Assembly: GCF_044704955.1 (NCBI RefSeq)
Contig: NC_091983.1
Location: forward strand, 93,434,001 to 93,498,000
Reading direction: 5' to 3'
DNA length: 64,000 nt
Source: Pristiophorus japonicus
Lineage: Eukaryota
Shown here: piece by piece, positions 1 to 11,689 of the stretch
Layout of the letters: each line of letters begins with the position of its first letter
Numbering within the stretch: position 1 is the first letter of the stretch
Notes under the pieces: generated by a model
What the model saw: the letters and a program-made list of their open reading frames with translations, nothing else
Told to the model about the DNA's origin: nothing
Databases searched by the model: none
Program-made: the position numbers and the translations under genes

Positions 1-2200
1 CCTCCCTGGGTGCATTGCTTAACTGTGAACATGTGTTATATTTGTGCATGCAGGACTCTAAGTCCACATCGATACCACGCCACCACACGTGGGATCTAAC
101 TATCACTTTCATCATTACAATGCTTGGGTGGGTACTGTGGAGATCACTAATGAAAGTGTTCCTGCCCTTTTTGGGTACTACTAACCGATTACCCAACGCA
201 GTCTGCCTGTATAGACATTTCATCTTTACGCCGCTGGTATGGCTTTATCCCTTCCTGCATTTCTAATGGGACGCTGGACCAGTTCCCGTGAAGCACACAG
301 TTTTTTACAAAGAACGGTAAGGGGTCCTGGCTAGTCCAGGTTCTAATCTGTCGTTGGTAACAGGTGATTGCTCACTCTCGAATGTTTCCATTACCATGAC
401 TAAATCTGCGAGTTGTGCCATTTCGACCCCCGTGGTAGGCAATGGCAGCCTACTGAGAGCATTGGCACAGTTTTCTGTGCTTGGCCTGTGGCGGATCGTG
501 TTGTTGTATGTGGTCAACGTGAGCGCCCATCTCTGGGTGCGGGCCGATGCATTCGTATTTATCCCCTTACTTTCAGAAAAGAGAGATATCAGTGACTTAT
601 GGTTCGTTTCTAATTCAAATTTAAACCCAAAAATGTATTGGTGCATTTTCTTTACCCCATAAACACACGCTAATGCTTCTTTTTCAATCATGCTGTAGGC
701 CCTCTCAGCCTGAGACAGACTTCTGATGCAGAAGCAACTGGTTGCAATTTCCCAGATTCATTCGCTTGTTGTAATACACACCCGACACCGTATGACAACG
801 CATCACATGCTAGTACCAAACGCTTACATGGATCATACAGCACAAGCAATTTGTTTGAACATAACAGTTTTCTAGCTTTTACAAATGCATTTTCTTGGCT
901 TTTACCCCATACCCATTCTTCTCCTTTATGCAGTAAAGAATGCAGTGGTCCTAACAGTGTGCTGAGACCCGGTAAGAAGTTACCAAAGTAGTTCAGGAGT
1001 CCTAGAAACGAACGCAGCTCCGTCACGTTCTGTGACTTCGGTGCGTTCTCAATTTTCTCCGTCTTCGAATCGGTGGGCCTGATGCCGTCTGCCGCAATTC
1101 TTCTCCCTAGGAACTTCACTTCAGGCGTCAGGAAAACGCACTTCGAGCGTTTTAGCCTGAGCCCCACGCAGTTAAGCTGACTAAGAATCTCCTCCAGGTT
1201 CTGCAGATGCTCGACTGTGTCCCGACCTGAAACCAAGATGTCGTCCTGGAAGACCATGGTGCGCGGGACCGACTTCAGTGAGCTTTTCATGTTTCTCTGG
1301 AAAATCGCCACGGCTGATCGAGTCCCAAATGGGCATCTGTTGTAAATGAAGAGACCTTTGTGCGTGTTGATGCAGGTGAGGCCCTTCGATGATTCCTCCA
1401 GCTCCTGCGTCATGTAGGCCGAGGTCAAGTCCAGCTTCGTGAACGTCTTTCTTCCCACCAGCATTGCAAAAAGGTCGTCTGTCTTTGGTAGTGGGTATTG
1501 ATCTTGCAGGGAGAAACGATTGATAGTAACTTTGTAATCACCACAGGTTCTGATGGTGACGTCTCCCTTGAGGACTGGAACAATCGGACTGGCCCACTCG
1601 TTGAATTCAATCGTCGAAATGATGCCCTCTCGTTGCAACCGGTCCAGCTCGATCTCCACCCTCTATCTCATCATGTATGTTACCGCTCTTGCCTTGTGAT
1701 GGATGGGTCGTGCTCCCGGAATTAGGTGGATCTGCACTTTTGCTCCTTGGAACTTCCCGATGCCTGGTTCGAACAGCGAGGGGAACTTGTTTAAGACCTG
1801 GGCACACGATGTGTCGTGGACGGACGAGAGTGCTCGGACATCGTCCCAGTTCCAGGATATCTTCCCCAGCCAACTCCTGCCGAGCAGCGTGGGGCCATCG
1901 CCCGGTACCACCCAGAGTGGTAGCTTGTGCACCGCTCCATCGTAAGAGACCTTTACGGTAGCACTGCTGATTACGGGAATCAGTTCCTTTGTGTACGTTC
2001 TCTGTTTAGTGCGAATGGGAGTCAGGACTGACCTTGAGGCCTTGCTGCATCACAATTTGTCGAAAGTTTTTTTGCTCATAATGGACTGGCTCGCGCCCGT
2101 GTCCAGCTCCATTGACACCGGGAGTCCATTTAATTCAACTTTCAGCATTATCAGGGGACACTTTGTGGTAAATGTGTGCACCCCATATACCTCTGCCTCC
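1..2200 (-). pseudogene. pol: Gypsy pol (protease-RT-RNase H-start of integrase), frameshifted
   Basis: ORF fragments 1663-1932, 688-1659 (RT: WASPIVPV, DYK, LDLTSAY, CPFG, FQDD) and 305-691 (RNase H: EKEALA, TNHK, NALSRLP). Confidence 0.93.
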
Positions 2201-2851
2201 TCGGCCTGAGGCTCTGGTTCGCCGTGATCTGCCGTGGATCTGTCCTCCTCTAATGGTGGTTTGCAGGATTAGCAGGGTTTGCAGCTCGCTTGCACATATG
2301 TTGGAGGTGGCCCATTGTTCCACAGCCCTTGCAAACATATCTTTCGAAGCGGCTATGGCTTTACTCAAGGTTGGGGTCTCTACAGTCAAAAGTTTGTGAA
2401 GTATCACTTCATGTCCAATGCCAAGTACAAAGAAATCCCTGAGCATGTGCTCCAAATGTCCTTCAAATTCGCAATGTCCTGCAAGACATCTTAGCTCGGC
2501 GACATAGTTCGCCACTTCCTGGCCTTCAGACCTTTTGAGCGTGTAGAACCGGTACCTCGCCATCAGAACGCTTTCCTTCAGGTTAAGATGCTCCCGGATC
2601 AGTGTGCACAAATCATACAATTTCTCTGTGGGTTTCACTGGAGCAAGCAGATTTTTCATGAGGCCATACGTTGGTGCCCTGCAAACAGTGAGGAGAATCG
2701 CCCTTCGTTTGACAGCGATCGCTTCTCCTTTCAGCTCGTTGGCCACAAAGTATTGGTCGAGTTGCTCCACGAAGGATTCCCAATCATCTCCCTCTGAAAA
2801 TGTCTCCAGGATGCCCATTGTTCTCTGCATCGTTGCGGTGGGGTTCTTCAT
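2135..2851 (-). pseudogene. gag: Gypsy gag, with internal deletion before the zinc knuckle
   Basis: MQRTMGILETFSEGDDWESFVEQLDQYFVANEL...RYRFY...YVAELR..LA.HCEF...LRDFFVLG. Jumps after TLSKAIA to the knuckle remnant CKGCGTMGHLQHMC. Confidence 0.9.
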
Positions 2852-2869
2852 CTGTATCTCGTCGCCAGT

Positions 2870-3081
2870 TGTTACGTATGAATAAAGAGTCTGACCAGAT
2901 ACTGTGAGCTCAAAGTAAAGTGTGACCTTAGTCTTTCATTACAGATCTCCAGAGTGCCTCTCTCGCCTGTGAGGCCTCCTTAAGTACAGGTGCTCCCAAG
3001 GGATTGTGGGATCCCTTGGGCCTCCAGGAGATGAGCCCTCTGGTGGTTAAACAAGTTATTTACAGGTTTACATATCTAACA
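2870..3081 (-). repeat. 5' LTR (212 bp, TG...CA)
   Basis: Begins TGTTA and ends TAACA; abuts the PBS. Confidence 0.85.
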
Positions 3082-3234
3082 ACTGGGAACCAAAGAATAG
3101 GGGACAAATTCCACCATTGTTATTTAACTTTACGTTTCTTTGCTAAATAAAGTGATTATCTCCAGTACTGAACACAGTGGTTTTATAATTAGTATAGCAA
3201 TGTGAAACTATCTAAGTAAACCACTGTCCGCTTT

Positions 3235-3432
3235 CAACATCACAACATCACTCAAAACAGATTACTTAGTCATTATCTCATTGCTGTTTGTGGGACCTTG
3301 TTATGTGCAAATTGGCGGCCGCATTTCCTACATTATAATAGTGACTACACTTGAAAAGTACGTTATTGGCTGTAAAGCGCGTTGGAACATTCCAAGGTCA
3401 TGAAAGGCGCTATATAAATGCAAGTTCTTTTA
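3235..3432 (+). mobile_element. Deu-domain SINE (SacSINE1-like) 3' fragment
   Basis: CATTGCTGTTTGTGGG...GTGACTACACTT...TGAAAGGCGCTATATAAATGCAAGTTC; matches the copy at 18040-18610. Confidence 0.75.
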
Positions 3433-4171
3433 AAATGTCAGACTTTTAAAAATTGATTTCTATCTAATTATTTTCAGTGCTACTTTTATGAGTACTGATG
3501 TACCCTGATACATTGGTCAATCAGTTTCCAGGTTGTAGTATTTAGCAATCGGCTTTGGACACTTAATCCTATTTATTGTAAATTTACTATACATGCTTAC
3601 TTGCTGCTATGTGACATAACAGATCCACGGAGAACAGTCAAGTTCTGGCCTAAGCACATTAAATGTCAGCTCTAGGCCTGGTCTCCATCAAAGATAATTA
3701 TGCTGTAACAAAAGTGTCATGAGATGTAGAGAAATTCAAAGTAAGAGTATGGATTGAATCTGACTGTTTTGCCAAGCAGCAAATTACAATGCTAACATTT
3801 CAGGTACCTTTATGGGAAACAAAAACTTCAACTGGATCATGTTAAAAGCCTCATTGACTTCTTTAATAGAAATGAATTGCACTGCCAAACATACAGAAAC
3901 ATTAAATCCCACTGATTCGCACCACTGTTTGGGATAATCTTTACATATAATCACAATGATTAAGTAAATTCTAAAATATATGCTGATTCTTCTTGGAGTG
4001 CTTATTTACTTTCTAGCCAAGCTAGCCATTTACTCAATAAAAGATATAATTGTAATAATTATTTCCATTATTTATTGTGCATCTTGTTGAGTAATATACA
4101 ATAGTGTTGATTTTACAATAGTAGGAAAAATGGGGTTGAGTTGCCTCATCTGCACCTCCAGCACAAGCAGC

Positions 4172-4960
4172 CTGGCCAAATTTTACAATGGAAAACATCC
4201 CACCCCCTTCGCCTTGCTGTTTTGAATCGGAGTGACTATTTGTACTAGTTTTTTGTGTGTCCTTCTGCGCATGCGCGCATTGGACTCCACCCTCTTTTTG
4301 AGCATGGGCCCTCGATTCAATCGCACATGCACAGCGTGACATACGAGGAAGTCGGAAGTGGGAGCCAAGCCACGTGGAGCCTGTAATTTTGAATAGGCTA
4401 GAGGTACAGAAAAAGCTGACCTGGAAAACTTGGCGTAAAGCACACTTGTCATACTTGGCTGGGATTAGAAAACCTTATGAAGGAACAGTTCTGAAAGGGT
4501 TACAGCACACCATTAAACATGAAGTTGTGGAGTAATTAATGAAACTGACACAGCAACACTGCTCTCTGATAGTGAAGAGTTGAATGTTCTTCTGCAGGAG
4601 GTGTGCCAAATGAGGATGGGCCTATTAAGAGCTGAAGACCATCTTTCAGTTAAATCACAGGTATAAGCTACATTGAAAAATGTCACTATGGTAGATGTGC
4701 ATGTCTGTCTTGTGATGCCCATCAAGCATGAGAAAACACTTCAGATAGACACTCCCACATCCTGTGTGAGATACTGTTTCAAGCACTGTACACAACCATT
4801 GTTCTTTTACAGACAATTTCATTGTGTCACAGCTGGATGGCACAAAACTCTTGCAAATTAATGTGTCAGATTTGTGACAGCAAACACATGCTCAGAGTCC
4901 ATCCTAAGGCCCTCTTCTGCTGTTAGGGAGTTTCTCATAAGATCAGCAACCATGAATACA
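4172..4960 (+). mobile_element. Possible highly decayed Harbinger remnant (TIR-like start, Myb-like codons)
   Basis: GGCCAAATTTT start; TGCGCATGCGC motif like the subterminal regions of other Harbingers here; translation LLSDSEELNVLLQEVCQMRMGLL resembles Myb/SANT helix 1. Confidence 0.35.
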
Positions 4961-5194
4961 TAACTTAGCTTTGGTGCCCTAAATTCTATTGCCGTGACCC
5001 CTCCGCCCCTGCAGTTCTTCTTCTAAAAATGCAGTCACTGCAGACAGCGGATGGATTCATGGCTGCCTCCTGAACCATTGGCATGTGCAATTATATTTCT
5101 GTGGCCACATACCATCTACAGGGAAAGTGATGAAGGTATAACCGCAGCACATCTGTCATATGCTTGATATAGCCAGGTACTGCAGACTGTGCTG

Positions 5195-5790
5195 TATGAT
5201 TCTATGATTCTTTGTGCGCTAACGATACCGAGCTCTACCTCATCGCTGCATCTGAGCTGTCAGCCTGTTTTTTGCAATGTCCAGTCCTGCATGAGCCACA
5301 ATTTCTTACAGTCAAACATTGGGAAGACCAAAGCCATTTCCTTTGGCATCCCCACAAACTCCATGTCCTCTCCACTGATTCTATCGCCCTCCTTGGCCAC
5401 TATCTCGGGTTAAAGCTGACTATTTGCAAGGTCAGCATCCTATCTGACTCCGAGCTGGACTTCCAACCCCATATCCTCTTCATCTCAAAGAGCACGTACT
5501 TCGACCTGAGTAACATTTCCCGTCTCTGTCCCTGCTTCAGCCCATCTGCTGCAAATTTTTTGTCACTTCCAGACTCAACTATTTTAATGCTCTCTTGGCC
5601 GTCCTCCTGTGCACACCATTCTCCATAAACATCAGCTCATCCAAAACTTTGCTGCCTGTTTCTTAACCCTTACCAAGTCCCACTTACCCATCACCTCGCT
5701 TACCCACATCAGCTCTCCATCCCCTAATGCCTCCAATTCAAAATTCTTATCCTTGTGGACAGATCCCTTTGAAGCCTTGCACCTTCCATA
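5195..5790 (+). mobile_element. L2-clade LINE RT 3' fragment, degenerate
   Basis: ANDTELY (YADD remnant), NIGKTKAI, DSELDFQPHI..STYFDLSNISRL, LIQNFAACFLT. Confidence 0.75.
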
Positions 5791-6405
5791 TCTGCAAAGA
5801 AGTTCACCCTCCCTTGCTGCATATCCTGTAGTAGAATATCTAACAACTTATCTTAAAAGAAGGGAGATTTATCCATTACCTATAGGTCACAATTTTCAAA
5901 GCAATCTGTAGCTGCCTACCTCCTCACAACAATGACACCCCTTCAAGTCTATTGAAGGAATCGATCTACTCCCCTTTTATGGCAAGTTGTTACCTTTTAA
6001 GAGCAGCTGCTTCACGTAATTATTCAGTTGTCCAGTCAATCATGCAACACAGCTGCCTAGCTGCACATGGTTTCCGTGGGCAGGAAGTATAGGAAAATTA
6101 AGACGAAGGACTTGCCTTGCAAATTCAGACTTTAATGTAACCAATTTTCTCCCAGTTCTGGATCACTGCTTTTCGGCACTATTGATGAGCACAAGCTCTA
6201 AGTTGTCACAAATGGAACTCTATAAAGTATTGTTTGCACAGTTATAATTCTATTATCCACTACTTTTGCACCTGCAGAAAAAAGGAAACAGACAAATTTG
6301 TGCTTCCGGCATAAAGCTTCATCTAACACGATTTCCCCTTTACAAACCTTATGTACCTGGCTTAGGCCAGAAATTTATGTATGTGTTTAGGAAAGCAAGA
6401 ATTAT

Positions 6406-7193
6406 GGGGCCAAAATTCTGCGTCCAGATAAGGCCCATTACCGCCATTTTGCAGCAACCATGCGGCAGAAACGAGGAGCAGTCGATGGGCTGCCACGACC
6501 CAAATTCACCTCGGGAATATTTCGGCCTGTCCCCACTTCCGCCCCGCTGCTGCCGACCGCCGCAAGTGCGTCACCAAAGCGCGCACCGCCAATCTCCTGC
6601 ACCTCCAACACACTCCGTCCCAAATTTACCTCCAAAAATCTTTGCTCCGACGCGCGGTATCCCCGACAGCTTTTTCTCTGTGTGTGCGGCACGGCAGCAC
6701 AGCTGCCCTTCAAGGGGAGGGCGCACTGCTGCGGCCAGCATGTTTTTATTTTTGCTGGTCGATTTCCCAATCGGCTGGCCAATTATTGTCCTGGGTTCGG
6801 CCGAGCTGCCAACAGGCAGCCTGGCACCTCCTCTTGGGTGCCAGGCCACTGTACCAGCCGAAACCCTCCCTGGTGGCCCAGTGACCCGAGGTAAATGATC
6901 GCCGATTATCTCCCCTTTAAATGAGGGGGGAGACGTGGTGACGCACTCACGCAGTGACGTTACCATCGCTGAGTGACAGCGGCGGAGACTCGATCCTGTC
7001 CCAATTTCTGCTCCTCACCAGGGCTTACCGGCGCACTTCCGCCCGCCCCATTATGACCGACTACCGGTCTTGTCGAAAAAAAATGACAAAGACCTGAATA
7101 TCGATCAGGAGGCGACCTCTTCCCATGTGGCGGTAAAACCAGCTAAGAAATCGTAGGTACGCCAGGTTTCTGGCATGCCTGAATTTCTGCCCC
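6406..7193. mobile_element. Harbinger-type MITE (788 bp) with TAT TSD
   Basis: Termini GGGGCCAAAATTC / GAATTTCTGCCCC; TAT on both flanks; GC-rich non-coding interior related to 7850-8600. Confidence 0.8.
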
Positions 7194-7533
7194 TATGACT
7201 CTTGAGAATGCAAAAAAGCCTCTTCTCCCAAACTGGATATGTCCATAGCAACTTTAGTAGAGAGGGTGAGTGAATGATACAGAGGAAACATGTGAAACCT
7301 GGTTGAACCAGCATTGAATCATAAAGGTTTAATATTCCATCAAATGCTCCCGTCTAATTTTCAATGCTGTATTTTATCTAAAAGAAAAATGTGGCAGTGC
7401 TATGTGCTTCATCAAGCATGTTATTTGTCAGTAATTCAAAAGTTACTGAGTTACAATTTTTCCTCCGTGCACAGAACAGATATGGAGTGAGAAAGCAGAA
7501 ATGATAGACATCCCAAGTTGTTCAGTTCATGTT

Positions 7534-7706
7534 AAAGGAGTTAGATGAGGTCCTTACTGCTAGGGGGATCAAGGGGTATGGCGAGAAAGCAGGAATGGGG
7601 TACTGAAGTTGAATGTTCAGCCATGAACTCATTGAATGGCGGTGCAGGCTAGAAGGGCCGAATGGCCTACTCCTGCACCTATTTTCTATGTTTCTATGTT
7701 TCTATG
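7534..7706 (+). mobile_element. CR1 LINE 3' end
   Basis: GGCCTACTCCTGCACCTATTTT followed by a (CTATGTTT)n tail. Confidence 0.9.
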
Positions 7707-7849
7707 AAATGTTCAATCGATATGTTGAGCAGCCTTGTTACACTTAGCTCTGCTGTAAGCTTGATATGGAAACAAATAAAATATTGTAAAAAATTCAGCT
7801 CATCCTGGAAGCAGCTTATTTTTAACAACAGCAAATGCTGGAAATACTC

Positions 7850-8600
7850 GGGCGAAATTGCCCTTTTTTATAACCCCATTAGTGCCTCCGGGTGGCGCTA
7901 ATGTGGAGCAATGAGGTTATCGCCTGGGGGAAGGGGTCGATGGTGCCTTCGGGGAAATTGTCCTGGAGGTTTGGGGGCCGTTGTGTCATTAGTGTCACGC
8001 CCCAGGATTTGTGCCCCAGGCTGGCGAGCGTGCAGACCCCTTTGTGCCCCACAGGTGGCAAGGATGGCACTGGCCAATGTCTCTGCCAGCTGGCGGACAT
8101 CCGCCGCCAGGCCGTCCCTTAAAGGGGAGGCTATTTTCACCGTGGGCCACCATATTTTTCTGTCAGCCAACTCTTCTGTTGGCCCGACAATGGCGGCCCT
8201 AGCCTCGACCGGGCTGCCATCCGGCATGAGTATTGGCCTGGTCGAGGGTGTCTCTGGTGGCTCAGTGACGGCCACCAAAGGGACTGCAGAGCTCCCAGCG
8301 GTCCTTCCCTTTAATTAAAGGAGAGGGGCGTTCTGCCGTGTCAGCGTTATGTGGAGCATCTGCGTTGCGCTGACATTGCCAGCGGGACTCTGGGTTCCGG
8401 AATGCGGTGGTGGACTCAGTGCTGCTCTACCACCAGGAGCACCCCTCGACAGACGCGGAACACCTCCGATAGCGCTCTGCCTCCGTTGAGGGGCGGAAGG
8501 GCCAGATTCCGTGCCTGGGCAGAACTTCCGGCTGGGCGATACATGTCCCGGTCCTGGCAGGTTACCACTTCCAAGCAGGGCAAGGGATAATTTCGTCCCC
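7850..8600. mobile_element. Harbinger-type MITE inserted in a Penelope-derived repeat
   Basis: Termini GGGCGAAATT / AATTTCGTCCCC. Interior shares CCCTTAAAGGGGAGG and TCCCTTTAA motifs with 6406-7193. Flanks are inverted Penelope-end sequence (7825-7849, 8601-8700). Confidence 0.7.
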
Positions 8601-9094
8601 TCTGTTCCTCTCTCCACGGATGCTGCCTGACCTGCTGAGTATTTCCAGTATTTTCTGTTTTTATTTCAGATTTCCAGTACCTACAGTACTTTGCTTTTAT
8701 TTTTTTTAACAACATTTGATGATTCAGAATGATAACTGGCATTTTAATAAATGTTGAGATACATTTTTACATTAAAATTATATCATAGTGAAATTCATGT
8801 TCTAGTTTGTTTCCAGTTGGGTAGGTACCAGATGGTGTTGTAGTGCACCTTAGAAGGCAGTCAGTGGACTAGAAAAAATTTACCCAGGAATTAATTCAAA
8901 TGGATGAATTACGAAAAGTGCTGCCCATAACTATTGCTTTGCTGAGAATTAAAAATGTTGGTTTTTACTCCCCTTCCTGTCAAAGTATACTGTAAAAATA
9001 AAATAAAAACTGAACAGTTAAGATTCTTTTAGAAGTAGGTTGGAGCATTAATATGTTTCCCATCCCACCTATTCAACCCAACATACTGTTTGTC

Positions 9095-10605
9095 ATAGGG
9101 ACAGGAGTAGGCCAATCAACCCCTCGATCCTCTCCCACTATTCAATCAGATTATGGCTGATCTCTACCTTAATTTATGTACCTACCTTTGTTCCATATCT
9201 TTTGATACCCTTACCTATCAAAAATCTATCAATCTTGATCTATCAATTGATCCAGCATCCACAGCCATTTGAGGGAGAGAGTTCCAGATACCCACAGTCC
9301 TTTGTGATTTCACTCCTAAATGGCATTGTTCTAATTTTAAGATTGTGCCCCCTTGTTTGGGATTCCCCTACCAGAGGAAATCGTTTCTCAGTACCTACTC
9401 TATCAAAGTGGATAAATGTGAGGTTATCCACTTTGGGGGCAAAAACGCAAAGACAGAATATTATCTCAATGGTGGCAGATTAGGAAAAGGGGAGGTGCAA
9501 CGAGACCTGGGTGTCATGGTTCATCATCATTGAAAGTTGGCATGCCGATACAGCAGGCGGTGAAGAAGGCAAATGGTATGTTGGCCTTCATAGCTCGGGG
9601 ATTTGAGTATAGGAGCAGGGAGGTCTTACTGCATTTGTACAGGGCCTTGGTGAGGCCTCACCTGGAATATTGTGTTCAGTTTTGGTCTCCTAATCTGAGG
9701 AAGAACATTCTTACTATTGAGGGAGTGCAGCAAAGGTTCACCAGCCTGATTCCTGGGATGGCAGGACTGACATATGAGGAGAGACTGGATCAACTGGGCC
9801 TTTATACACTGGAGTTTAGAAGGATGAGAGGGGATCTCTTAGAAACATATAAGATTCTGACGGGACAGGACAGGTTAGATGCGGGTAGAATGTTCCCGAT
9901 GTTGGGGAAATCCAGAACCAGGGGACACCGTCTTAGGATAAGGGGTGGGCCATTTAGAACTGAGATGAGGAGAAACTTCTTCACTCAGAGAGTTGTTAAC
10001 CTGTGGAATTCCCTGCCGCAAAGATGTTGATGCCAGTTCATTGGATATATTCAAGAGGGAGTTAGATATGGCCCTTACGGCTAAGGGGATCAAGGGGTAT
10101 GGAGAGAAAGCAGGAAAGGGGTACTGAGGTGAATGATCAGCCATGATCTTATTGAATGGCGGTGCAGGCTCGAGGGACCGAACGGCCTACTCCTGCACCT
10201 ATTTTCTATGTTTCTAAAGCCCTTTATTATTTTAAAGCCATCTATTAGATAACCCCTCGGCTGTCTAAACTTAGGGAAATACAAGCCAAGTTTATGCAAC
10301 CTTTCCTCATAAGTTAACCCTTTAAGCCCCGATATCATTCTGGTTACTCTGTGCTGTACCCCTTCCAGGTCAATAAATCTTCCTGAGGCGTGGTGGTAAA
10401 ACTAAATGCAGTGTTTCAGATGGGGTCTCGCGAAGGCTCTGTACAACTGAAGCTTCACTTCATTCCCTTTGTATTTCAACAGCCTTGAGATAAAGGCCAA
10501 CGTTCTTTTCACCTTTTTGATTATTTTTGGTACCTGTGCACTCGCTTTTAGTGATTTGTGCACCTGGACGTCCAAATCCCTATTCTCCTTCACAATAATG
10601 TTATC
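9095..10605 (-). mobile_element. Older CR1 3' fragment split by a younger antisense CR1
   Basis: Minus ORFs 9243-9431, 10090-10338 and 10402-10608 give colinear CR1 C-terminal peptides (TRGHNLK, YEERL, RPHLKHC). Confidence 0.85.
9408..10215 (+). mobile_element. CR1 LINE, 5'-truncated
   Basis: ORF 9530-10030 (KANGMLAFIARG, RPHLEYCVQFWSP, RRMRGDL, RRNFFTQRVVNLWN); CTATGTTT tail. Confidence 0.93.
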
Positions 10606-11689
10606 CAAGTGTTAAGAAAGTGAATGATCCACTAGGAATCATGCAGAATTGACCAACATAAACTTTTGCTGGTCTATTGCTAGACAGAAATGTATTGGAG
10701 CACTGGCAACTAAGGGTAAAATAGTGGTCTGTGTCATTCAAAATAAAATGCTGAAACACTTAGGATGCGAGATAATACTGGCAGCGTTAGTTTTTTCTTT
10801 CAATACTGCACTTTATTTTATGGGAAAGCATTGTGAAGTGCAGTATCTGGAAATTGCAAATGTGATTGTGTAATTCTAAAATGTGAAGATTTTTAATAAT
10901 TACTATTCCTTTCCCCTTCCCGCTATTTAAGTTACTGACATACTTCAACTTATTCCTATTAATTATGCCTCAGTTCATTGCATAGTGCAGTAATATAGTT
11001 CACATCCAAAAAAATACCTGAGGGTGCCGACAGCATGCTTTATTCTATGCATTTTTAATATTTGCAATATATTAAATGAAATAGTTAGGGTAACCTGACC
11101 TGTCACATTTTACTTCAATCATGTCAATATGTTTTAATTGAATATTTGTTGGCTGCAAATAAAACCAAAATGGAAATTTCAGTGAATGGAAAAATGTTCC
11201 AGGCTGTATGCAAGATATGGAGTATGTTAAACATTTAAACAAAAGCAAAACATTGCAGATGCTGGAATCTGAAACAAGTAGAAAATGCAAGAAACACTCA
11301 GCTGGTCAGGCAGCATCTTGGGGGGGGTGGGGGAGGGGGGGCGAGGTGCGGTGCTGGCAGTATGCGGGAAAACTGGAGGTCCAGATTTCCCCACATGCTG
11401 TGGAGTTTTAACGCCACAGCATGCGTCTGATGTCACGAACCGGTTCACTGCCCATATGTCAGCCTGATTAATCTGCTTGGCTTCTAGTCGAGTGGGGAAC
11501 GCTGGAGAAAAGGCGACAGGACCAGATAGGTCGAATCCCTGACCTGGGGAGCGAGTTCCAATCCCAGGGTGGGACTTGTATGGGGGGCTGTGGTCTGGTG
11601 GTGGGGGTACTCGGTGCTTCGGGGGGGGGGAGGGGTGCGGGAGGAAACACTCTTGCTCCTCCCTGCCCACATGGAGTGCTCCCTCCATG

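Larger units (their letters stand above)
1..3081 (-). mobile_element. Gypsy/Ty3 LTR retrotransposon (decayed; 3' part runs off the window start)
   Basis: Minus-strand order is LTR, PBS (TGGCGACGAG, 2858-2867), gag, protease (MELDTG), RT (VFQDDILV), RNase H (ACDA...IEKEALA), integrase zinc-finger region (ELHSTHP...HVWWRGID). Multiple frameshifts. Confidence 0.95.

Noticed and set aside
6266-8742. Multiple overlapping 100-210 aa ORFs
   Set aside because: They lie in GC-rich MITE interiors, cross element boundaries and have no recognisable motifs.
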